Part shown: piece by piece, positions 53,273-62,314 of the stretch
Layout: every line of letters starts with the position of its first letter
How positions within the stretch are numbered: position 1 is the stretch's first letter
Assembly: GCA_034437375.1 (NCBI GenBank)
Contig: DAOTUK010000064.1
Span: 604-64,603, forward strand
Direction: 5' to 3'
Length of the DNA stretch: 64,000 nt
Source: Chloroflexaceae bacterium
GTDB taxonomy: Bacteria > Chloroflexota > Chloroflexia > Chloroflexales > Chloroflexaceae
Translations under genes and position numbers: made by a program
The notes under the pieces: model-generated
What the model saw: only the letters and a program-made list of their open reading frames with translations
Databases searched by the model: none
What the model was told of the DNA's origin: nothing

Positions 53273-56200
53273 TCGTCATCCTCATCATGCTCGTCACCGA
53301 TTTCTGGTTGTTCGAGCGGCAAAATAAATCGGAATGTGCTCCCAATACCCTCTTCGCTCGTTACCCACATCTCGCCATTGTGTTGCTCAACCAGCGACTT
53401 GGAGATAGCCAGGCCCAGCCCGGTGCCCCCCACCTGCTCGCGGAGCGGGTTATCGGCCCGATAGAAGGGCCGGAACAGCCGATCCAGTTGCTCTGGCGAC
53501 ATACCTACGCCGGTGTCCTCAACTTCCACCTGGATCATGCCGGCCGGGTTGAGAAAGGCCCGTATGGCAATGCCCCCTTGATCATACGTATATTTTACCG
53601 CATTTGAAAACAGATTAAAGATGATCTGGGTCAGCCGTTTCTCGTCGGCGGTAAATGTTGGTAAATCGTCGGCAATGTCAACCGATACGTGCAAGGTTTT
53701 TGCGTCGGCTTCTAGCTTCAATGACTGTAACACATCGTCAAGCACGTCGCGCAGGTCAACCTGGCCAAAACTCAGCTTGATGCGCCCGGACTCTATCCGC
53801 GACATATCCAGGAAGTCGTTTATCAAGTCCATCAAGCGGTTGGCGTTGGTCTTAATCACCCGCAGGTATCCCACTTGATCAACGCTTAATACGCCCGACG
53901 AGCCAAGCAGGAGTAAATCTACATATCCTTTGACCGAGGTGAGCGGGGTGCGCAATTCGTGCGATACCTTTGAGATAAATTCGCGCTTGGCCCGGTCAGA
54001 TTCAATCTCGCGGGTGATGTCGCGCAACACTGCGACCGTACCATAATTCTGGCCATCGAGCCCGACAACGGGGGCGATGTTCATGGTGATGGTTTGGGGG
54101 CCGGGCGACTTGGGGAGTTCAAAGGACATACTGTAGATAACGCTCTGTTCTGAAATATTCGCTAACCCGGTTTCCAGGCTGCTGTGGAGAATGCGGGCCC
54201 GCTTGCGTTGTTGCTCGGCTTCGCCCTGGGTGGCCAATACGGCCATAGGCTGATTTAAGACCGCCCGCGCGGGAATACCAAGCATCTGATCGGCGGCAAC
54301 ATTGAAGCGCTCTATTTTCTTATCCTCATCCAGCACAATAACGCCTTCGGTCAAGCTCTCTAGAATAGCCTGGCTGCGGCTTGTCTCTTCTTTTTGCAAT
54401 TGCAACAGATCGGACAGCTTGGTGGCGACTTCGTTGAGATAGGCGTAGAGTTGGGCATTATTGGTGGCTATGGCTATTTCGTTGCCTATGGTGGCTAAGA
54501 GGCGCAGTTGTGACTCGGTAAAGTAGTTGACGTCCGGGCTCGAAAGGATAAGCACACCAAGCGTAGAGTCGCTCGTTTTCAAGGGTACGGCTACAATGGA
54601 GCGCACCTCGTCGGCGCGGCCCGCCTCGACCACCCACCGCGTATCCTGGAGCACGTCTGGGATAAGGACGGGTTCTTGATTTTGCATAACCCATCCAACC
54701 AGCCCTTCGCTTCCCCCAAAGGAAATGGGAATTTCGGTACTTTGTACAATCCCCTGTTCTTGCAGGACGGCCCGGCACATGAGCTGGCCGCTTTCCAGTT
54801 CGCGTAGCATGATAGAGCCGCGCGATACTCCCAACTTGTGCGAGGTGACCTCTAACGAGGCATTGATGATTTCTTCGAGATTTAAGGTTGAGGTAAGCTG
54901 CAAGGTGATGGCGTGGACGGTTTCGAGCGAGTCTTTCTCCTGGCGCAACTGGGTATTGGCTTCTTCAAGCTCGGTTGTTCGTTCGGCGACGCGCTGTTCC
55001 AGGTTGGAGGCAAAGGTGGTGATATGCTCAAACATACGGGCATTATCGAGCGCGATACCGGCCCAGGAGGCAATCGTAGAAAGCAGATTTACATCATACT
55101 CGCTATAGGCCTGGTTGCTTTCATAGTTTTGCAACCCGATAACGCCGACCACGGTATCGGCGACGATCATGGGTACCCCCACCCACGAGCGGGGGCGCTG
55201 GTCATACATAGCGCGGTTGCCCAATTCTTCGCGCAGCGCGACATCCCATTCTTCTTGCTCTAGCTCAGAACCCTGGAGCACCAGCGGTGATCGCCGATCT
55301 ATGACCCGCCGGGTCAGGTAGGTGATGAGCATATGCAGGCTTGGGTTCACGCCTGCTTGCCCGCTGTGGTCTTTTTCGCCCCGATAGGCGCTCGACAAAT
55401 CCATCTTCCGCTGCACGCCGCGCTCGTAGAAGAGTGGGAACGAGATTTCCTTGCTAATTTCATCATACAGGGCCATGTAAAAGCCGTTGGTATCAAGCAA
55501 GCGCCCGGTTTGCCGATAGATAAGCTCGGACGGCTCCCCAAAGCGTACTGATGCGCTCAGCTCCTGGCCAATTTCGTTAAAGGTGGCGAGCTCTTCAATA
55601 CGGCGCTCACGCTCGGCAAACAGGCGGATATTGGAAATGGTCACGGCGAGCTGGTTGGTGACGGTGGTGAGAAAGCGCAGGTCGTCTTGATCGAAGGCGT
55701 AGGGTTGGTGGCTATTGACGTTGATAACGCCAAGCACGCTATCGGTGGTTGCAATGGGCACAACCAGGAATGATTGCATGGGCCGCGAGCGGGGGTTTCG
55801 AATGCCCGACTGCCCGGAGCGTACGTCGAAGACCGAACACCCAAACCCGCTCAATCCCATCTGGGCGCATTGTTCGGCGGTGTGAAGCAAGAGTGGTTGC
55901 CGATTGCGAATAGCCCACCCGCCCGGTGTATCTTCGTCGAGTAGCGCGGGGGCAATCTGTACCAGGGTTCCTTGCTCGTAACATACCGGGTAGGAGATAA
56001 CGTTGGTGGCTTCATTGTAGAGCCCGATGAACGATGTACGCATATCTATGGCCTGTTCCAATTCGTGGTACAGGCGTCCAAGCACGACCATCTGGTCAAG
56101 CGTGGAAGAGAGGGCCGTGCCGATGTCTTTCAAGACGGTTATTTCGCGTAGCCGCCGCTCGTGTTCGGTAAATAACCGGGCATTGGAAATGGCTGCGCCG

Positions 56201-58245
56201 GCCTGGCTGGCCACCGTGGTCAAAAAGTGCAGATCATCTTCGCTATACGCATGGGGTCTGGCGCTCTGCAAATTGATAATGCCCAGAACGTCGTCGCCAA
56301 GCAGGATGGGTACCCCAAGCCACGATTGTGGCTCTACCGATAGCCCACAACGCACCTGCTCCATAGGCTGCATAGCGAGAAAGGATTCTATCTCTTCCGT
56401 GGTACGGAACAGCAGCGGCTTGGATTCAAGTAAAATATGGTCAACCAGGCCCTTTCCATCTAACGTAATGGTTTGTTCGCCCACCCGTACCGTATCGGAT
56501 GCCCCGTCGCGTACGACCCGTTGGATAAGCAGGGGCATTTCGCCGGTGGCTTTCACATCATACAGGCCAATAAAGGAAAAGCTGGTATCCAGCACATCGC
56601 TAATACCGCGGTGTAGGACGAGCAAGGTTTCGTCCAGATCAAGGGTGGCATTGACCGAATTTCCAATTTCATTCATCGAGGTGAGCTGGCTAATGCGCCG
56701 CTCTCGATCCTGGAAGAGCCACGCATTTTCCAGCGCGATGGCGGCTTGCCCGGCCAACCCGATCATGAGCATCATTTCATCGGTGCTAAACTGGCGCAGT
56801 TCGCCGGTCATCACGCTCAAGACGCCGATGATGCGCTCGCGGTAAAAGACTGGCACGCCCATAAACGATACGAGCCTGTTGCGCCGATTGAACGAGGGGT
56901 ATAGCGAGCCTGAATGCTCTTCGACATCCTCTATCAGCAAGGGGAGCCCGGTTTCGGCTACTTTCCCCGTCAACCCCTGCCCCACAGGTACGCACATCTG
57001 TTCGGCTTCCGCCTTTGGAATGCCGTACATAGCGGCCGGGCGCAAATAGGCGTCCGCTGCATCAAGTGTCCACAAAGCTACAGTCGAAACCCCAAGCTGT
57101 CGCCGCACCAACTCCATCAGGTTGTTCAAGACCTGATCGGGTTGTAACAATGACCCAAGCAACCGCGCGGCCTCTAACAGGGTCGAAAGCTCGCCCACTT
57201 TGACATGCAAGGCCTGCGCGTGCGTCTGGGATTCTTGAAACAACCGCGCATTTTCGACTACTCTGGCGACCTGGTAGGCTACCGCCTGGGCTGTTTCAAG
57301 CTGTGGGGCGGGCACGACCCCCGGCCGCCCCACAAACCCTAGCTCCAGGCACCCAAGCACCGTACCCGCAACAATCATAGGCAACAGCACGACCGATTGT
57401 ACCCCGTACAACTGGAAGGTTTCATGAAAATTCCGCAACAGCGGCTCTTCCACCACGTTGGAGGAGACGAGCGGCCGCTGGTACGCATCTAACCAGAGGA
57501 TGGCCGGGTTATCTACCAGCGAGTAGGGTATCCATTCCGCATCACTGCCCAGGCCATACCCGGCAACCACGGGCCCGATACCCTTTTTGCGGTTGTAGAC
57601 GACCATACAGGCACGGTCTGCGCCGACAAGCTCGACCAGCGTTTCCAGCACGGTATGGTACATCGTGGCCGCATCGTTGGAGGATGCCGCCAGGCCAGAA
57701 ATACGTTGCAATATCTGGACATCATCCGGTGGTGGTTCCGTGGGGGCCGGTGGGGGTGTCTCCGGCTGGCTATCGCCGTCCGTCCCGCGGTGGCCACGCG
57801 CGCGCTCGTCGCCCTGTGCCCAGACATATTGCCGCTGTATCGCCAGCAGCATGCCAAGCTGAGCGGCCAGGCCTTCATAGAACACGGCGTCATAGTCGGC
57901 GTTGCCATCGTTCGAGAGCAGCAAATAGCCAACGTTGTCGGCGCCGGCCTGCAACGCCACACAGGCCAGGGGGTAGGAATTGTACCCCCGCCCGCTCACA
58001 ACCTCCTGTACCTTTTCCCCCCGCGCACTATCGCTCAATCCCCAACCGGCCGAGGCAGACACCCGTTGGTGATCAATGGCTACCAGCACCCCCCACGAAA
58101 AAGGCAGGTAGCGCTGCAACACCTCGACAATATGGGTTGTAAACAATTGGGGCTCAAGGTATAGAGCATCACCCTGCCCGCACAGAGCAAGATGTGCCAG
58201 CAGTTCCCAATTGTGGGTCTGAGTCGAAGCCATTGTTACATCCAT
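53269..58245 (-). CDS. Multi-GAF/PAS sensor histidine kinase (1658 aa)
   Basis: Repeated GAF-like modules (...GVL.V..........F...D...L...A.Q.A.AI.NA.LF...). A PAS-like segment (ILESLTEGVIVLD). H-box FISKVSHELRTPLTSVKGY. N/G boxes IFNLFSNAVKYT, DTGVGM and GGTGLGLAISKSL. Confidence 0.9.
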   Translation of the reverse strand: MDVTMASTQTHNWELLAHLALCGQGDALYLEPQLFTTHIVEVLQRYLPFSWGVLVAIDHQRVSASAGWGLSDSARGEKVQEVVSGRGYNSYPLACVALQAGADNVGYLLLSNDGNADYDAVFYEGLAAQLGMLLAIQRQYVWAQGDERARGHRGTDGDSQPETPPPAPTEPPPDDVQILQRISGLAASSNDAATMYHTVLETLVELVGADRACMVVYNRKKGIGPVVAGYGLGSDAEWIPYSLVDNPAILWLDAYQRPLVSSNVVEEPLLRNFHETFQLYGVQSVVLLPMIVAGTVLGCLELGFVGRPGVVPAPQLETAQAVAYQVARVVENARLFQESQTHAQALHVKVGELSTLLEAARLLGSLLQPDQVLNNLMELVRRQLGVSTVALWTLDAADAYLRPAAMYGIPKAEAEQMCVPVGQGLTGKVAETGLPLLIEDVEEHSGSLYPSFNRRNRLVSFMGVPVFYRERIIGVLSVMTGELRQFSTDEMMLMIGLAGQAAIALENAWLFQDRERRISQLTSMNEIGNSVNATLDLDETLLVLHRGISDVLDTSFSFIGLYDVKATGEMPLLIQRVVRDGASDTVRVGEQTITLDGKGLVDHILLESKPLLFRTTEEIESFLAMQPMEQVRCGLSVEPQSWLGVPILLGDDVLGIINLQSARPHAYSEDDLHFLTTVASQAGAAISNARLFTEHERRLREITVLKDIGTALSSTLDQMVVLGRLYHELEQAIDMRTSFIGLYNEATNVISYPVCYEQGTLVQIAPALLDEDTPGGWAIRNRQPLLLHTAEQCAQMGLSGFGCSVFDVRSGQSGIRNPRSRPMQSFLVVPIATTDSVLGVINVNSHQPYAFDQDDLRFLTTVTNQLAVTISNIRLFAERERRIEELATFNEIGQELSASVRFGEPSELIYRQTGRLLDTNGFYMALYDEISKEISFPLFYERGVQRKMDLSSAYRGEKDHSGQAGVNPSLHMLITYLTRRVIDRRSPLVLQGSELEQEEWDVALREELGNRAMYDQRPRSWVGVPMIVADTVVGVIGLQNYESNQAYSEYDVNLLSTIASWAGIALDNARMFEHITTFASNLEQRVAERTTELEEANTQLRQEKDSLETVHAITLQLTSTLNLEEIINASLEVTSHKLGVSRGSIMLRELESGQLMCRAVLQEQGIVQSTEIPISFGGSEGLVGWVMQNQEPVLIPDVLQDTRWVVEAGRADEVRSIVAVPLKTSDSTLGVLILSSPDVNYFTESQLRLLATIGNEIAIATNNAQLYAYLNEVATKLSDLLQLQKEETSRSQAILESLTEGVIVLDEDKKIERFNVAADQMLGIPARAVLNQPMAVLATQGEAEQQRKRARILHSSLETGLANISEQSVIYSMSFELPKSPGPQTITMNIAPVVGLDGQNYGTVAVLRDITREIESDRAKREFISKVSHELRTPLTSVKGYVDLLLLGSSGVLSVDQVGYLRVIKTNANRLMDLINDFLDMSRIESGRIKLSFGQVDLRDVLDDVLQSLKLEADAKTLHVSVDIADDLPTFTADEKRLTQIIFNLFSNAVKYTYDQGGIAIRAFLNPAGMIQVEVEDTGVGMSPEQLDRLFRPFYRADNPLREQVGGTGLGLAISKSLVEQHNGEMWVTSEEGIGSTFRFILPLEQPEIGDEHDEDDE

Positions 58246-58502
58246 CCAGGGAAAATCCTTAGTTACCGGTCAGGAACCTGGCCGCAGAGGCCATCCCTGT
58301 TATCGCAATGTGCAACGATACATTGCGTAAAGTGCCTTTGTAGCAGTATAAACGAACCTTGCACGGAAAATATCCAGTGTAAAGATGAGGAGGAGATTAC
58401 GCACGCCACCCCACATCCCACAATACCCGCACGCCCCCTTGCCTTGCCTACCCCCGACGACATACGGCCCATGCTCTCCGACATCCTCTTCAGACGAGCG
58501 CC

Positions 58503-59450
58503 TTACCGTCCCGGTCCGTAGTAGGCAAAACTTTTGTGCCCTTGCTCTCGCGCCAGAGCGCTGGCCTTCTGGCGGAAATCTTCTGCCGCCTCGCTCAGTT
58601 CGCGGATGTCATAAAATGGCCCATCCTTGCTGCTCAAGACGCCAATAGAGAGCGACATTAACGGCACCTGACGCGCAATACCCTGGTCGTCTACCATCTC
58701 AATAAACGCTTGTTTGCGATGTTTATAGTTATAATGCAAGCCGATTTCGGCATCGAAGCGGCTAATCAACCGATCTATAATCGGTTGGATGGTATCCTGC
58801 CCCGTGGTTATCACAAAGTCCGGGCCGACAATCATATGCCCCAGAAAATCTTCGGCGCTCCCAAGCTCGTTGACGACTTCGTTGAGCAACATGGCGGTAA
58901 ACTTTAAGACATCTTCGCTCACCACCGACCCATAGGATTGCGTAAAGGTGTCAAACCCGTTGATATGGAGCAAGGCCAGCACCCAATCCTCTGTCGAGAG
59001 TAGACCGCGCAACTGCTCGTTGATAAGCTCGGCGGTTGGCAAATTGGTGACAGGGTGCGACTGGTTCTTGCGCCGCTCTGCTTCAAGCTGATTTTTGACA
59101 ATAATATTGACTTCTTCAATATCAAAAGGCTTGACGATATAATTTTGCGCCTGAACCTCGCCAAGCCCGCGCAGCCGATCCTGGCGCTCGCCGCGGGCCG
59201 TGAGAAAGATTATCGGAATATGGCGCGTGCGGGGACTATCCCGCAGAGCCTTCCCAATGTCGTACCCTTCCATATCCGGTAGGTTGACATCGAGAAGCGC
59301 GAGATTGGGCGGCGTTTTGCGACAAATATCAAGCGCCTCGCGGCCCCGCATAGCGGTCAATACTTCGTATCCCTGCGAGATAAAATAGATTTTGAGAAGA
59401 CTTGAAATATCCGGTGCGTCTTCAACAACCAGAATTTTTTCCTTTGCCAC
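58503..59450 (-). CDS. Response regulator: intact receiver + degenerate GGDEF-like output domain
   Basis: The REC domain has VVEDAPD, the phospho-acceptor in ALLDVNLPDM (D54), IIFLTARG and YIVKPF. The output domain aligns with GGDEF domains (VTNLPT..., LLHINGFDTF, SLSIGV), but the GGDEF site reads VGPDF (nt 58815-58829). Confidence 0.85.
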   Translation of the reverse strand: MAKEKILVVEDAPDISSLLKIYFISQGYEVLTAMRGREALDICRKTPPNLALLDVNLPDMEGYDIGKALRDSPRTRHIPIIFLTARGERQDRLRGLGEVQAQNYIVKPFDIEEVNIIVKNQLEAERRKNQSHPVTNLPTAELINEQLRGLLSTEDWVLALLHINGFDTFTQSYGSVVSEDVLKFTAMLLNEVVNELGSAEDFLGHMIVGPDFVITTGQDTIQPIIDRLISRFDAEIGLHYNYKHRKQAFIEMVDDQGIARQVPLMSLSIGVLSSKDGPFYDIRELSEAAEDFRQKASALAREQGHKSFAYYGPGR

Positions 59451-59463
59451 AACTCCAATCCTC

Positions 59464-61011
59464 CTAGCAAAGCACTTTCGCAGACGAAGTGGCTCCCGAA
59501 ACCTTCATGGAGTGATGTACCTCTTCTGCATCTTGCTGCCCCACACAATGACTCCCTGAACCAGACCGTTCATCATCAACGCCATCATCATAATACGTCG
59601 CTTGTTCGCGGGTACCCCCGCGCAAGGGATGTTCCCGTTGCGGCCCCTCCCCCAGGGTTGCCCGGTGCTCCGCAGGTTCATACACATGCGGCCAGACAAA
59701 CATTGTGCGTCGGGGTTCGCCGGTTTCTTCATCAATATCGTCAGGGTTCCCGCCGGGGACATTCTTGCGGATAAGCCCCTGCCGATCATCAAAGACTATC
59801 GTCACATTCGATCCTATCATCCGTCCTGGGTACACGACAAAGCCGCTCCCAATTTTACAGTTGTGCCCAACCGCAGAGCCAAGCACCGGTAAGCCCACGT
59901 TGCACAGCTCCCCTTTGTGAAAGGTTTGAATGGGCCGGCCGGCCAGGTCAAAATCGGTAAAGACATTGTTGGCGCCAATGAAGGTATTGCGCCCCACCAC
60001 GCCCAGTTGGACACAGGTATTCTGGGCCAGCATGCCATTTTCCATAATGGAGGACATAAACAGCGCCGAATTAAACGCCATAAATGACCGATCACTAACA
60101 ACGCTCAGCATAATCTGGCTTCCTTGCATAATGTTGACATTGCTCCCAATAATGCTATTGGTTATCACCACGCCCGGCCCAACATAGACGTTATCGCCCA
60201 GGACGGTGGGCCCGTGAATAATAGCGGTCGGGTCTATCGAACAATTTTTGCCAACCTTGACCAGGCTTTTGCTGGAAAGAAAGTGGTTGCGCCAGCGCTC
60301 TTCAAAGGGGTTGATATTCTCCCAGAACGCAGTCAAGACCATCTTCACTTTCTTACCAAACAGGTGCCAGTCTTCGCCTTTCCATTGCGAAAAGCGACGC
60401 AGGCTAGAGCGATCCATTTCATTTTCAATCTGGCTTGCGGCGGCAAACACGCCCATGGGAATATTGGCGAGAAAGATATGCACCCAGTTCTCAATAGAAA
60501 GGAACACGCGCAGCGGTATTTGGAACACCAGATCGCCCTGCTGGATGGCCATATAGCGGGGCACGCTATAGTAGCCCATTTCATACGGTTCGGTATCTAT
60601 AACGATGGGCTGCGGTTTCTGGCGCTCGCCCACCGGGAAGTAGTACATATCGGCAACGTAGACGTTTCCTTCCAGGCGGATACCATCTTGCAAGTGTATG
60701 GCGTGGGTGGTAATAGAACGATCATCCCGGGCAAAGGCTATCTGACAGGCGCTTCCAGTTGCTTTGGCTTTCTCAAGAAAGGCATCAACTAAGCGTTCGT
60801 TAAAGAATAAATTATCTCTATGAACTACTAATTCTTCATCACAATGCGTCGGAATTTCATCTAAGGATGAAACATCGAGCATGCCCTTACAATGGCGGGC
60901 AAGGATGTCTCGTTGCAGCAACCAGAGCGGCTTGTTCAAAATACGCAGATCGCGGGCCGGTTCGCCAAAAGGTGGAATGAGTGTTTTTTCATTTATGACA
61001 ATGCGCTTCAT
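59464..61011 (-). CDS. Nucleotidyltransferase-like N-domain (degenerate) + left-handed beta-helix (hexapeptide-repeat) protein
   Basis: Hexapeptide-type region: VGKNCSIDPTAIIHGPTVLGDNVYVGPGVVITNSIIGSNVNIMQGSQI... and VGRNTFIGANNVF...GSAVGHNCKIGSGFVVYPG. The N-terminus (IVINEKTLIPPFGEPARDLRILNKPL) lacks the G-x-G-T-R motif of sugar-1-P nucleotidyltransferases. I chose the start at MKRIVI (61011). The track ORF extends to 61086. Confidence 0.6.
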   Translation of the reverse strand: MKRIVINEKTLIPPFGEPARDLRILNKPLWLLQRDILARHCKGMLDVSSLDEIPTHCDEELVVHRDNLFFNERLVDAFLEKAKATGSACQIAFARDDRSITTHAIHLQDGIRLEGNVYVADMYYFPVGERQKPQPIVIDTEPYEMGYYSVPRYMAIQQGDLVFQIPLRVFLSIENWVHIFLANIPMGVFAAASQIENEMDRSSLRRFSQWKGEDWHLFGKKVKMVLTAFWENINPFEERWRNHFLSSKSLVKVGKNCSIDPTAIIHGPTVLGDNVYVGPGVVITNSIIGSNVNIMQGSQIMLSVVSDRSFMAFNSALFMSSIMENGMLAQNTCVQLGVVGRNTFIGANNVFTDFDLAGRPIQTFHKGELCNVGLPVLGSAVGHNCKIGSGFVVYPGRMIGSNVTIVFDDRQGLIRKNVPGGNPDDIDEETGEPRRTMFVWPHVYEPAEHRATLGEGPQREHPLRGGTREQATYYDDGVDDERSGSGSHCVGQQDAEEVHHSMKVSGATSSAKVLC

Positions 61012-61294
61012 CGAACAGCCTCTTTTCTTTCTAGCATTTATACGCACACGATGCCCACAAAAACGGAAATCTCCGCTGCCAGGCATGCTACGGCGAGAAA
61101 TTCTTTCACTCTACTAAACGTAAACCCCCAACGATATTTGGTACCTGGCTGGTAGTTACCTACGGCGATGTTGTCTATGGGCTGTTCTTACTATACACAA
61201 TAGAGACAATTCAACTCAAGATCAGGAGATTACGTTCAGGTTACACGCATTCCAAAGCCTTTACTGTCAATTGTACACGATGGTGCATGGAACG

Positions 61295-62296
61295 TCAACG
61301 GATATACTGATCCCACGCGGAAAGGATGGTTGAGAGCTCTGAGAGGGCGGTTTGATCTATGGGGCCTTGCATGCGGGCAATGGCCTGGTGCAACCGGGCC
61401 AGTTGTTCCGCCGTGGGCATGCTCCTATTCATCGCAAGCAGGGTGTGTAATAAGTTTACATAAATAAGTAACAACGATTCTGATGCGCCGCTCCGCGGTT
61501 CGATGGCCCGTAGTTCGGTGTCGAGTTGCTGCCGCACATTGTCCCAGGAGATAAGCGCGGGCATATCGAGGACAACCCGTAGCAGCCGTTCGCAGCGTTC
61601 GACAATAGCGGGCACGCTCTGGTCGTCGTCTGCTGGTGCTGGTGCTGGTACTGGCGCAGCCTCCATCGGAGGGGCGGGGGTGGCGGTAGCACCGTCGGTG
61701 CTGGTGGGCGGCGGTGGCGGGGTATCAGGGATGGAGGAGGGCGGTTCCTGGGGGGGGGGATGCTGTGCCTCCCCAATAGCGGGCGGCCCGTCTAGTGGCT
61801 CTGGCGTGTTGCCACTCCGTTGGTATACCATCTCGATGAGCCGTTCCAGGCCGGCCCGCAAGAGCTGGTCTATTTCCTGGGCATAGGTTATCCAGGCGCT
61901 CATATCCATACGGTAGGGGTCGGGGACATCGCGTGGGCGCCCGGCCAGCGTGCCAAGCGTCACCATACGTTCTGCGGCATCGGCATATTGCCCCCGCAGA
62001 ACGTTCATAATGCTGCTATCTATAGCGAGAATGATAGTCGCGTCTGCGACCATATCGGCCTGGAGCGAGCGGGCCTGGTGGCCGTGCAGAGTTAATCCAA
62101 AGACCGAGCTCATAGCAATGCTGGCATAGCTATCGGCCGGGTCGTCGTCATACCCGATAACGCCGGCTGATGCAACATTCCAGGGCAGGCCGCGTTGTTC
62201 AAACATACGGCGCAGCAAGGAGACGGCCATAGGCGAGCGTCCAGTGTTGGCGCCGCCGACCACAAGTATAGATGGTTGTTCCGCGTCCCTATCCAT
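61295..62296 (-). CDS. LMW phosphotyrosine-phosphatase/ArsC-fold protein lacking the catalytic cysteine, + Pro-rich linker + helical C-domain
   Basis: ILVVGGANTGRSPMA aligns to the CX5R(S/T) P-loop (V-C-T-G-N-I-C-R-S), but both Cys positions are Gly (nt 62234-62257). The Arg, the Ser and the DPY acid motif (VPDPYRMD) are retained. The linker is PPQEPPSSIPDTPPPPPTSTDGATATPAPP. Confidence 0.7.
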   Translation of the reverse strand: MDRDAEQPSILVVGGANTGRSPMAVSLLRRMFEQRGLPWNVASAGVIGYDDDPADSYASIAMSSVFGLTLHGHQARSLQADMVADATIILAIDSSIMNVLRGQYADAAERMVTLGTLAGRPRDVPDPYRMDMSAWITYAQEIDQLLRAGLERLIEMVYQRSGNTPEPLDGPPAIGEAQHPPPQEPPSSIPDTPPPPPTSTDGATATPAPPMEAAPVPAPAPADDDQSVPAIVERCERLLRVVLDMPALISWDNVRQQLDTELRAIEPRSGASESLLLIYVNLLHTLLAMNRSMPTAEQLARLHQAIARMQGPIDQTALSELSTILSAWDQYIR

Positions 62297-62314
62297 AAAA
62301 ATCTGGCTCCCTAT

